Below, in pieces: positions 11,794 through 23,149 of a DNA stretch of 64,000 bases (its first letter is position 1; each line of letters opens with the position of its first letter). The position numbers and the translations under genes are program-made. The stretch comes from Paraspadella gotoi (lineage: Eukaryota > Animalia > Chaetognatha). The stretch is from NCBI GenBank assembly GCA_051294375.1, contig CM119265.1:15290963-15354962 (forward strand), in the 5' to 3' direction. The notes under the pieces were generated by a model. It had not been told where the DNA came from. It searched no databases and saw only the letters and a list, made by a program, of their open reading frames with translations.

Positions 11794-11965
11794 TGAAAGG
11801 GAAGCCAGGTACACTGGGAGTGAATAAACGAGACAGTGAGAGAGTCTTGACTGAAAGCTTGCAGGGTCTTCTCTTTCTCTGCCTGTCCAGTGTCCACTGT
11901 CCAGGGACATGATAGCTTATTTATTAAATGAATGAATAATTTCATATTGGTTGTAACAATTTCAT
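11794..11965. repeat. Copy of the approximately 200-bp interspersed MITE-like repeat
   Basis: ctgggagtgaataaacgagacagtgagag...ggttgtaacaatttcat is the reverse complement of 36151-36335. It sits next to a (TA)n tract. Confidence 0.65.
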
Positions 11966-12295
11966 CTTATATTATATTATATTAAATAATGAAATTATTA
12001 ATTAATTAATAATTAATTAATTCAAGTTAATTAATTAATTGATTAATTTGGAAATTAGTTAATTAATTTGATCTGAAATGTTTGTTTTTAGTTCTTTTCG
12101 CCACTAACCACGACAAAAGCAATGACGACGATGAGAATAATGCCGATAACGATTGACTTGATTGATTGATTTAATAGGTAATTAATAGATAAATAAATTA
12201 ATTAATTGAATAATTAATTGATTGATTAATTAACTGATTAATTATTTGATTAATTAATAGTTTAATACATCTTGCATTTACATTTAAGTAAGAAA

Positions 12296-12600
12296 AAGAA
12301 GCATAATCAATTAGTAAAATAGGTTTTTTGTTTTTTCCATTTAAACTCATTTCCACTCAAACGATTCCATCGAAACTTGATTTCCAGCTTAATCACACAC
12401 TTTCCTACCCAAATACAAAATTTGAAGTCAATCGCCCCATCCACTCATGAGTAATTGGTGTTCAAATAGTGAAATATATTTTTTGTTTTTTCCATTTAAA
12501 CTCATTTCCACTCGGACGATTCCATCGAAACTTCATATCCAGCTCAATCACACACTTCCCTACCCACACACAAAATTTCATTCCAATCCATCCGACACTC
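12296..12600 (+). repeat. Two tandem units of about 165 bp, homologous to the centre of the HINE-like element at 5490-5640
   Basis: aactcatttccact..acgattccatcgaaactt..ccagct.aatcacacactt.cctac occurs at about 5540, 12345 and 12500. Confidence 0.75.
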
Positions 12601-13779
12601 TTTAAAGTAATACTTGATTATGAAAGTTTAAGGACTTGTAAGATTTGTAAACTGTTAGAACTGTTTGTTTATTATCAAAGTGTTCCGATAAAATCCTTTT
12701 TCTCCTTTCACAGTGACGGCCTTACGCCAAAGTGCTTCACTTACCCTTACTCGTCACAGAGTTGACGCAGTCACTCCCGCCTTTAAAAACTCTTACCTAG
12801 ACTCGCCCTCGCCTCACCCGCCCTCGCCTCAACCGCGAAGGAAAACCGGCTGCACTTTTTTTTTTCCTTCCTTTTTTCGCTTCCGACGCAATCGACAGAA
12901 ATATGGGGTAAGTCAACAACGTTCGATTGGCTTTTTGGGCCAATTCTGGGTCGGTCGAGGGCGGGTTTTTGAAGAGAGGTGGAATGGAGAGACCGGGGGA
13001 AGGAAAAGGAACGAAAAGGGGGGAGGGAGAAAATAGAGAGAGAGTAAAGTAGGTTGGAAGGAGATAAAGGGGGGGAACTCGTATTTGTTTTGAAATATCG
13101 CTGTCTAGTTTGAATGCTCGCCAATTTGTACTCGTAAAGTTTAATTTACGGCCGCTACCATGAAAAAAAAATATTTTAGAAATATTTTTTTTACGAAGGT
13201 TCGAGTGCCAAAAAATGATTTTGAAAGCTTTGTACCCGAGCGTACAATAACTGCCAAAGAAATTCTAGCAATCTTCGTAATTGGTACGTACCTTTGAAAA
13301 TAAGTCTTCCATAATTTAAAAGTTCACAGCTTCCGAAGGCAAGGAGAATTAAATTGCTGGTTCTCGAATAGTTTTAAAATCTAAGCATCACCAATTCACC
13401 ATTGAAGTAAGTCAAACTCTACATTAACGCTTACTAACGAACTTACTAAAATATGAAGCGACGGAAAGTTTTGAAATGGGACTAGTTAAGTGATTTACAT
13501 GTATTGGCTCCGCCACTGGTTTCATATGAAATTGGTACCCTCAACAATGTAATTTCTAAAGAACTGTACGCCAAAAAAAATGTAGGCATTTTAAAAATCT
13601 TCAAAAAAAAAAGAGAATCAAATATGACAAATGGTCCAAATAATCATCGTCAAAAAAAAATGTATCAAAAATGGCGGAAACGACGATTGCAATAATCCAA
13701 AAAATTCGCGTCGCTTTTTTGGTGTCACTTGTGTTAAGGGGATGAGGAGGAAGAAAAATATTTTAAAGAACGAAGATGA

Positions 13780-14764
13780 ATAGCCCCCGGGGTAGGATCG
13801 ATTGAGATTAGGTACGAAGCGTTATAAACATCGAAGACGGACAGAATCGGGTAAGTGATAGGCTTTGTACTACGAAAAAAGACCCCCGAAATATGACAAA
13901 AGTTAATTTGTAGCCGGGACCTGATCAAATTTTGGGAAGGCGTTATGATTCATTGTCGTTATTAGACTAAATTCCCACAGAAATCGAAGTGACCTAAAAA
14001 AAAAAAAAAAAAAAAAAAGATAAGAAGATGAGGATCGAGTTCGCCTCCGCTTCCCCCTCCGACTCCCGATTCGCCTCCGCGAATCGTCCCCCCCTCCCTT
14101 TCTCCTACAGTCCTCTCCTCGCCCCCCCCCCCCGAGTATCGCGAGGAGGCCCGTGTTTTCTTCGGGCCGTTTACGTCTTATTTACCTGCTTACAGGCGTA
14201 GAAGAAGCGCCGCCCGTCGGCCCTCCTTCCTTTCGAAAAGGGAATAAACAAACAAACAAACAATCGGCGGCTGCGCGGCGGCGTCGGGGCGGCGGCGTCG
14301 GGGCGGCTGTCTTCGAATCTTGCTTTCTCCTCTCTTCTTTTTCGTAAAAAAAAAATAAATAAATAAACAGAAGGGGGGAAAAAAACACAATAAAAGAAAG
14401 GGCGTCCGTTTCCCCTGGCAACGCGAGGAGAAGAATCGTCGGACAAGAAAACATACGAAATGACGACCGAAAACAAAAGAGCAAAACGGATCGACGGTCA
14501 ACGCCTCTTTTCTTTTCTCGACGTCATCGTCGTCTTTGACCATCGTGGACGTCGTCATCGTCGTCTTCGTCGTCGTCATTGACGTCGTATGTATTAATTG
14601 ATTCTCGACTGCCGGGTTGTCATCGGCACCGAAATTTCTTAATTTTTTGTCATTCATTTCGCCAAATTGTCATCGTCTTCAGTCTTCGTTGGCGAAGTAG
14701 TTGATTTTAAGCGACCTGGTTGTCACCTTCGTCGTCGGCAATGATTCTACGTATACGGGCCTCT

Positions 14765-14799
<35 letters not shown>

Positions 14800-14989
14800 T
14801 CGCGGTTTTGTTTGACAATGATATTCGTCTGACTTTTTTTTTTTTGCCTCCGTCTTTTGTTTTTCTCGATGATCCCGTCGTGATGGAAAGTCGGACGCTT
14901 GGTGGCGTCGTTGCTGTCGTCGTCTTCTCCGTCGGCCGAATGTTCGTCGTCGTCTTGTCGTCGATGTCGTCGCAGTCTATCATCATCAG

Positions 14990-15020
<31 letters not shown>

Positions 15021-15121
15021 GTCGGTCCTCGTGTCCCCTCGTAAAATCGACCCTTGTTTTTCGGGGATGATTGATTCCATCTAAATGCATTGAGCCGTGA
15101 GAGAGAGAGAGATGAGAGAGA

Positions 15122-15166
<45 letters not shown>

Positions 15167-15896
15167 GAGAGAGAGAGAGAGAGAGTAAAACTACCAGGAG
15201 GAAGGCTACCAAATAGAGAAGAAAGGAAACTAGGTAATAGACGCTCAAATAAAACAAAGAGAACAGTTGTCTTGGAGAAAATAATTTGATCGGAGGCAAA
15301 ATAAGAGAATCGGAAAAAAAATCCCAGATTCTATTTGGTTTCTTTGAACAAAATCGAAAAGTTGAGTCCTCAAAATGCGAAACTATATTTTCCTTTTAGT
15401 TTAATTTTTAGAATTTGTCAATTGCGAAATAAACTTTTTTTTACCTTTTTTCGTTAGCATGTTTATATTTGAACTCGACTGTTGGTTTTTTACTCTTTTG
15501 GACGGCATTCACTTTCTGTATCCTAACCCACACTGGTTCAACTTTCACGAGACCGTTCTTTTCCTGTCATTTTCATTCACTTTCATTCACCCTCATTCAT
15601 CGACCTCGTCTTCCCCGATCACCGCCCTTCTCAAGTCCGTTCACCGCCTTCTTCCCTCGTCATTCACCGCCCTCTTCCGAGTCGTTCATCTCCTCCAAAC
15701 TCGATTTTTCTTTTTTCCTTTTCTCATTTCTTAGAAATCCCCGACGCCTATTGTTTTTCATCCAGGTTCGTGCCGACGCGCACCTGGAACGCTCCTGGCG
15801 GACGGGGGAGAAATCAGAAAAGTAGGAGATGGATCGAAGAAAGAAAAAAAAATGAAAGAAAGAAAGAAAGAAAGAAAGAAAGAANNNNNNNNNNNN

Positions 15897-15931
<35 letters not shown>

Positions 15932-16319
15932 AATACGTAAAAAAAGAAAAATAGAAAGAGAAAGTTTAAAGACAGAAAGATAAAAATATACAAAAAAAGT
16001 TTAAGTAAAATGGGGTGAAAACAGACAGTCTAAGGTCCCCAAAAAAAAGGAGAAAGAAAAATTAAAGAAACAGAAAGATGAAAAAAAAAAATTAAAAGAG
16101 GGAACCACATTCCAAGAAAAAAAAAATCCAGAAAACCCAGAAAAACCAAGAAAGAAAAGCTAAGGGGAAAAAAGGAAGAAAGAAAGATCGATAGAAAGAA
16201 GGAAAGAGAGGCTGGGGAAATGAAACTCATTTCCTGGCGGCGCCGAAAGGGGAGCGCCGTCAAGCGGTCCTCCGTCGACTCCGGCGCCGGCTCGTGAGGC
16301 ACGCGCCCGTGGAAACTCT

Positions 16320-16367
<48 letters not shown>

Positions 16368-18311
16368 TCAAGACTCTCGGCGCCTTTCTTCATCCCTCGA
16401 TTCGACCGCCTCTGACCTTGTCGTTAAAATTGGCCGCTGGACAAGAGGTTCCGTCGACGTCAACGACGACAACAACAACAACAATAACAACAACAACAAA
16501 AACAATGGCGATGCATTCGACGGGGAGAAAAAATTAATATTAACGCCATTTTCTTTTTTTCTTTTTCTTTTTTTTTTTGAATAATAAATGCGGGGATGAA
16601 AAAGTCGGAAGCATCCGGGTTTTCGATTGTGAAGAATTCATCGGCTGCCAAATCGTTTTCGTCGTCGTCGTCGTCGCTTTCTCCCTCTGGCGGCCGAAAT
16701 CTAAAAATAGTTGCGTTTTCTTTTTCCGTTGAGCGTGAAAAGGTTTTTTTCGCTCTGGAAAAGGATTACAACCGAAATTTCGTCTCTTTTTTGATGTTGA
16801 TGTTTCCAATTATTTCTTCGTCATTGCGCCGTTTTAACTTCAGGAGGGAATGCCTTTGCCTTTTTAGAGTGGCCCTAAAATGACCTGTCAAGGCTTCTCA
16901 CATCGTCTCATCCAAGATCTCACAGATATTTTTCTCACGAACGTTCACGAGTTTCCTTCTTTACCGACTAAGATCGCCTACCAACATTGTTAGACTTGAT
17001 TAATTTTCTTCGTTTCAAATAATACTTAAAATTGATATTTTTTTCTAATCTACACTTTCCCGACTCTCGGGGGGCCACTCACGCCTCCCCGCCCGTCTTT
17101 GCCTCACCTTCTCTCTTCCAATCTCCAGTCCTCACCCTTCCAATCACAGTCTGAATCTCAGCAATCCTCACTGTCTCGAGCTCCACCTGTGTTTTCGCTT
17201 TCAACACGAAGATCTCGTAATTTCCAGCTGAACCGAAATTCGAAGGAGAGAAACTAACGCAGCGAGGAAAAATCTCCGAAAACACTTCACAGTTTAGTGT
17301 TTACGCATTCTTTTTATTATTTCTGACGGGAGTGGTCCTTACAGACATTTAAAACATTCTTTGAAATATAATACCATTTCAGTGATAGGAAAGTCAAGTA
17401 TTCTGGGAGTGAATAAACGAGACTGTGAGAAAGTCATGTTTGAAAGCTTGCGAGAGGCCAAAGTCAGGGGCAAGATACACTATTTATTGAATGAATCTAG
17501 ATAATTTTATTTTATTTTAATTGATTCTTTCGAAAGTATTCTTACCTATATAGCTCCAACTGTTTTATAGTTTTATCATTTCTGTTTAAAAACTATTATT
17601 GTCCCAAATCTTGGGAATTTGTGTTCCATTGAATGAATAAAATGTCAATTAATTGAAAAAATTCAAAATGAAGTTGAAAAAAAAGAAGAACTATTAATGT
17701 CAAATGTACACCTGTTACTTCCAGTTTACTTCCCGATTTCGAGTCGATCCGCTCGACCTTAGTTTATCTTTCCCCTTTCGAATTCTATTTACTTTTTCCT
17801 CCATTTCTTCGTCCTCAACTTATGATAAAAAAAAAAATTCCCACGGGGGGGGGGAGGGCGCCGGGAGCGTGGCTTAACCCGTCCCTCCATTTTCGCGCTC
17901 GTGTGTAGGTTCGTGACAATCTCAGAAGTACCGCAAATGTCGACTTGTGTCCCGCCCTCTTCCTCTCTCTAGTCTCCCCCCCCCTTTCCGAACAGCTCGT
18001 CCCTCAACCCTCCCACTCCCCTCCAACGCCACCGGGCGATCGCTTTCGTCATTAAGGATATTTTCCCAGTCGTTCAGACAAAAGACGGCAAGAGGCGGTG
18101 AGCGAGCGAGGAGAGGAGGAGGAGGAGAGGAGGAAAGAAGAAGTTAGAGAGTAAGAAAAAAAAATGAGCAGGTTGGAAGAAGGAGGAGTAGAGGGGAGGA
18201 GGGAGAGGCGGAGGAGGGAGTGGGGGAGGAGTTTCGGGAATTGGCGCGAAATTGGAAACCAATACAAATAAGACGAGGAGTCCCTTACGTGGGGAAGTGT
18301 GAGAGAGAGAG

Positions 18312-18380
<69 letters not shown>

Positions 18381-19430
18381 GAGAGAGAGAGAGAAGAGAA
18401 CCAAGTGGCGAGGTGCAAAGGAAAACGGGAAGAAAGAAAAGGGTTGAAATGAGATGAGACATAAAGGGAATGAGATTAATGAGATTCGTGAAAAATAAGA
18501 CAGGGGGCATCGGGAAAGCAGAACCGAAGGGAACGCCCGGGGGTGTGGCAAGGTTCTTCGACAAAAAGGGAAACGCCCGATCAAGACTCCGCGAACAACA
18601 TAAACAAAAGGATCAACATTCAATTTTCAGTCGTAAACAAAAGAGTAAAGCGAAAACCCGTTTCTCTCCCTTGGGACCCGAACGAAAATCGAAGAAATTT
18701 TTTGAAAGTTTAAAAAATCTTTCCTATCACGAGTTTGCTAATTCAATTGATTCGATTGATTCATTTGATTGATAGATTTAATTGATTGATTTCAAATGGT
18801 AAAATTGAAATACTCATCGTTATTTTTGATAAAAATATTAAGATGGCAAAGATTCCAACACCAATAACCGATGCAAATTTTGAATTCATTAAATCATTTC
18901 GAAATTCCTTTTTTTCACAATCGCGTAAAACGATCCATCACAATTCTTGATTCACAAGTGACACAGAGTGCTTTACTTATTTCATACCTTTTCACTTCAA
19001 ACTTGCTGTTCACTCTCGACCCAGCGATGCTTCCATTCCGGTTTAGAATCGGCGACCTTTTAATCCAAACCCAAACTGGATCAGTGATCAGGAACTACGG
19101 GCGACACCGTGGCTCCGCCGCCGGGCTCGCTCCGGACCCCGCGTTTCAAAAACGACGCCGACGAAGCCGGGGCGGCGACGCGGCGTCGTTATCGCCTCAT
19201 ATGACCGCCGCGTTTAGAACGCCGCGTCTTCCAACGATAATCGGAGGAGACGCTTCGGGTTTATGATAACAGTTTCGGCCGGCGTCGCGAGGCGTCCTCG
19301 TTTCACGCGGCGTCGTTGCGGCGTCGACGTCATTTCGACGACGCCGCCGCCGCCGCCGCCGCCGCCATCCTCACCGCCGGCGGTCGGCGAGGTTTTCCTA
19401 CAAATCATTTTCTTCTGCTTTTGTCCCAAA
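13780..19430 (-). CDS. Candidate exons of an Ig-like domain protein (about 19430-18989, 17330-17187, 13994-13780), frameshifted
   Basis: Phase-compatible splice sites (AAAAG|gtatga with tgtaag|G; ACAG|gtggag with tttttag|GT). Fragments TLNCEV, FSWKL and SRLQI....SGVFF resemble Ig B, C, E and F strands. Several indels must be assumed, and the F-strand Cys reads as Arg. Confidence 0.28.
17362..17510. repeat. Copy of the approximately 200-bp interspersed MITE-like repeat
   Basis: tgaaatataataccatttcagtgatagg...ctgggagtgaataaacgagactgtgagaaagtc matches the reverse complement of 36190-36352. Confidence 0.65.
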
Positions 19431-19669
19431 CGATTTCCCCTTCACGTTTCGAACGAATCTTCCTTTCTTGTTTTCTCCTTATTTTTTCCCCCTTTCATGT
19501 TTTCTTCTTTCTCTTTATTTCCTATACTTTTCCTCATTTCCTTATCATTATTTTCTTCTCTTTTTGTATTATTTTTTATAGATTTTCCTACTTTTTCGTG
19601 TCCTTACCTTTCCTAAACCTTTCCTTCCTTTTCTCCTCACTTCCTCATTCTTCTCTCATTCTTCCTTCA

Positions 19670-19713
<44 letters not shown>

Positions 19714-20237
19714 TTTTATTTCATCTCCCGATTCTCATTTAGGGTCATATCTTTTAATGATTCCGGTCCTCTTTGCCAAGGGGCGAAAATCTCTCTCTTT
19801 TTTCTTATTCTTCTTTTTGTTCTTCTTCGTTTTGATGTTTGTTTGTTTTAATTTTTCTGTCATCTTAGATGCAACCATTTGTTTTTTTCAATTCCGTTAT
19901 TATTTCTCTTCATTTTCTTTCAGCTTTTTGTCTTTTTTTTGTCATTGAAGTTTTTCTGCGCTGTCTCCATTTACAATTGTACCTTCATCTCTCCCAAGTT
20001 TTCTTTTATTTTCCAAAAACCTGATTTTACCTTTTATTTTAGGTATTTTCTTAACATTTCGTCCCTTCCGATTCTTTTTAAAGTTTTTTTTTCACTTTCC
20101 TTCCTCTGCTTATTTATTCTCCTCATCTTTTCTCATCTTTTCTTTTTATTTGTTCTCCAAATTTTCCTTTCGCGATCCCAAAAAATTTTGGGCGAAAGGA
20201 AACCGAAGAGAATCTTGAAAGAAGATGGAAAACAACT

Positions 20238-20801
20238 TGTTAGAATAATGATTTTAATTCAAACAGTATCTCTTCTGCAATATCTGAATCACGTCAATTT
20301 TGGTTTTAGTCGTACAACATTATAGGAATTTATATATCTTTACTCTCATTGGTCGGATATTTCTTAGCCAATAGTAGTTATGATTGAATTCTCAATAATT
20401 TTAAAGAAGATCTCTCTTCCATTGGTCCATTAAATTTAGGTGCTTCTGTTATAAAAGAGAAAAGGGCCAACTTTTATTTTGAAGAGATTGCCCTGGACCA
20501 TAAGGTAAATTGAATATTTTACTTGAAATTATTAAATGTGGAATTAGTTTAATTAAATTAGTTATTTTTTGTAGCTTTTGAAGCTTCCACACTCTTCCAA
20601 TGGGCTTGTCCACAGCCTTTCAATGCTCTACTGATTCGCTATTTCGATTGTCCTTTCATAACTGTCCAAACTGAATTACAACTAACTTCAATAATACTAC
20701 TTATGGCGTTACAGGTTATTGATGACGTCAACAATAGAGAAATTATATAAGGATGCTCAATCGTGTTCCCAAGTCCGAAGGGAAATGTGCAATCTCTAAC
20801 A
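20238..20801 (+). repeat. BEL/Pao 5' LTR
   Basis: Starts TGTTAGA, ends TCTAACA, aligns throughout with 26404-26975, and has TATAAAAG at 20450. Confidence 0.88.
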
Positions 20802-23149
20802 TTCTCAAAAGCTTATGATAAATTCACATTAGCCCAATTCATTTACCTTTTTCCATTTAGGCTCAGATTAATCACAGATTTGTGCCGTTCCCTAATTATT
20901 CACCTTAGGGCCGATTGCGGCATCATATTTGGTGCCTTTCCCATCAAGATTTCCCCAATGGATTATCTTGCTCATTTAAACTCCTCGTCCGACATGATCA
21001 TCTCGGTCGGTCTCTTGTCCCAAGAGTTCCCCTTTTAAATTACAGGTCAATGCAATTTTTATATTGCTCTTTTTGATTGGAATTAATTACCGCTAAGCTG
21101 CCGTCAAAGTTTCGCTCCCTCTATTGGAAATTATCTGCTCTAGGTAAAAAACTGCGCTTCCAGTGATAGAGATATTCGTAGTCTTTACTGGAAATGCCGT
21201 GAGATTCATAATAACCCTAACTGAATGGATTGAAAAATAAAAGATAAAATACGCTTCTCCCCTCAAGCAGAGCGCAATCTATATTTATTTCCGCTAACAA
21301 AGAATGCTGCCAAAACTTGCGCTTAGAAATTAACAACAGAGTTCTTGGAGGGCACTGCCAGCGTCAAAAACTGAAGAGCAAAGCTGATGCAGTTGAACCG
21401 AAGTCTTCTGGAAATTCCAGACGGAGATGTTACAAACGTGCACCGGAAATTCCAGCTCCAGTTCACCGACGCCATCTAATGGTAAACAATTCGAAATTTC
21501 CGTCGGGACGCCAGACGCCGATAGAGAAGTTTTTATCAAGTTCTAGAAAAAGTGAAAGACAAAAGCTAAAAGCATAATTATGATCAGTAAGTAAGATGTG
21601 TGAATGTACATTTAAACCATAAAGGATGAATAAAAGAAAAAATTAGAAGGAATTAAAATTTAGAAATGGAGATGAGAAAAAGAAAATGGAATTGCAAAAC
21701 TTCAGAGCTGAAGAAGAAGAAGGCCGAGAGAGAAGCTGAAGCTCATAAGTATGACAATTGAGATGCTGAAGATCATGCTGAAGTGAAATAAATTGCCGGT
21801 TCAGTCATCTGATCAAAAAATTCAAATCATGTTGATCAAGTTGATATGATCGCAATAAATGAAGTTTAATCCAGTTTAACTCTCCGTTCTGTTTCCTTTT
21901 AATCCTCATGGTTTCTTCTCAAAAAGAGATCAAGCTCCAAATCCCACTACGACGCCCCGCACGCCCTTCGCCTTCGCGGATTGAGAGCTGCAACTTTGAC
22001 GCCATTCTCGGAAGGCACGCCCGGTTCTTGGAGTGACCTTGATTCTGTTTCGGAGCGCAGCTATTGAGAAAAAAGACGCCTTGATGAAAAGATAAGTTTT
22101 ATGGAAATAGTTTACTTTGAAGCTTTTCTTCTATTCAGATTTGAAACTGACGTGACAAATTCCGGCGAGTTTCTGAATAAACTAATTTTATGAATTATTA
22201 AATTGACAACAAGGCCCTGCTCATAATGCTATAAAACAATTTCGTTTTGTATTGATTGGTACAAATGCTCTCCACCTCAGGTAAGCAACGTTTACGTCAG
22301 CATTGGGATACCGCCAACACACTGCATCGGAACGATTGGAAGAATATTAAAACGAGTAAAATTTGACCTAATGATATTGAAAACCGTACATAGTATTCGA
22401 CTTCAAGAGGCCTGAAAATGGTCGCCGAAATAAGTAAGGACGCAGGAGATTTTCGATCCATGGAACGGTGAAAAAGATAATCACTACAGGGTCCCGCAGT
22501 CTTCGTAAGTAATGGAATTTGACCATCACCACAAATTTGCAGTAAAGAAAGGTATGGGCATTTGGCTGTGTAAACATTTTGTCAATTTTTGGATGACATG
22601 TTAAAAAAATTAACTCTCCCTCGCGGAGTTAAATCTGTAAAAAGGATAGGCCTGTCTAAGATCGCAGCGACGACGGCAGCGGCGCCAAAGTTTCGTCTCG
22701 AAACGAATGCTTCTTCATCAGGTTGATGAATAAGACTACATTTAACCTAAAAAAATGTAAAGTTTGTGAAGAAACCCCATTCTATTTTTAAAATGTTCCC
22801 AATTTATTTAAGTTATGATTTGGATAAAAGAATGATGTTTTGCAGAGGAGAATAAATTATGCTTTAAATGTCTCGGTCTAATCATGTCTCATCAGGAATG
22901 TCGATCTTACTTTATGTTGTGAAACTTGCAAAGGAAAAACGTCACTGCACGCTTTTACATTCCGCGACAACAAGACTCTTCCGGATCTTCAACCCCAAAA
23001 CCCTCCTCAAGTTACGACGCCGACGGTACAGAGTGCTTCGGTAAAATTCGACTTCAGGCTTATTACAGGCCTGTAGTTGCCGGAGGATGTTTATAATGGT
23101 TAAAAGGAAAAAATTGTAATGCGCCTACTTTGATACCGGCAGTAAGGAT

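Noticed and set aside
14500-15190. ORFs with poly-D, poly-T, poly-V or poly-S and SL repeats
   Set aside because: They are translations of (GAC)n and (GA)n microsatellites, open in several frames, with no domain.
20802-20945. PBS of the BEL element
   Set aside because: There is no TGG directly after the LTR. The TGGTGCC at about 20930 is too distant and has no convincing tRNA match.
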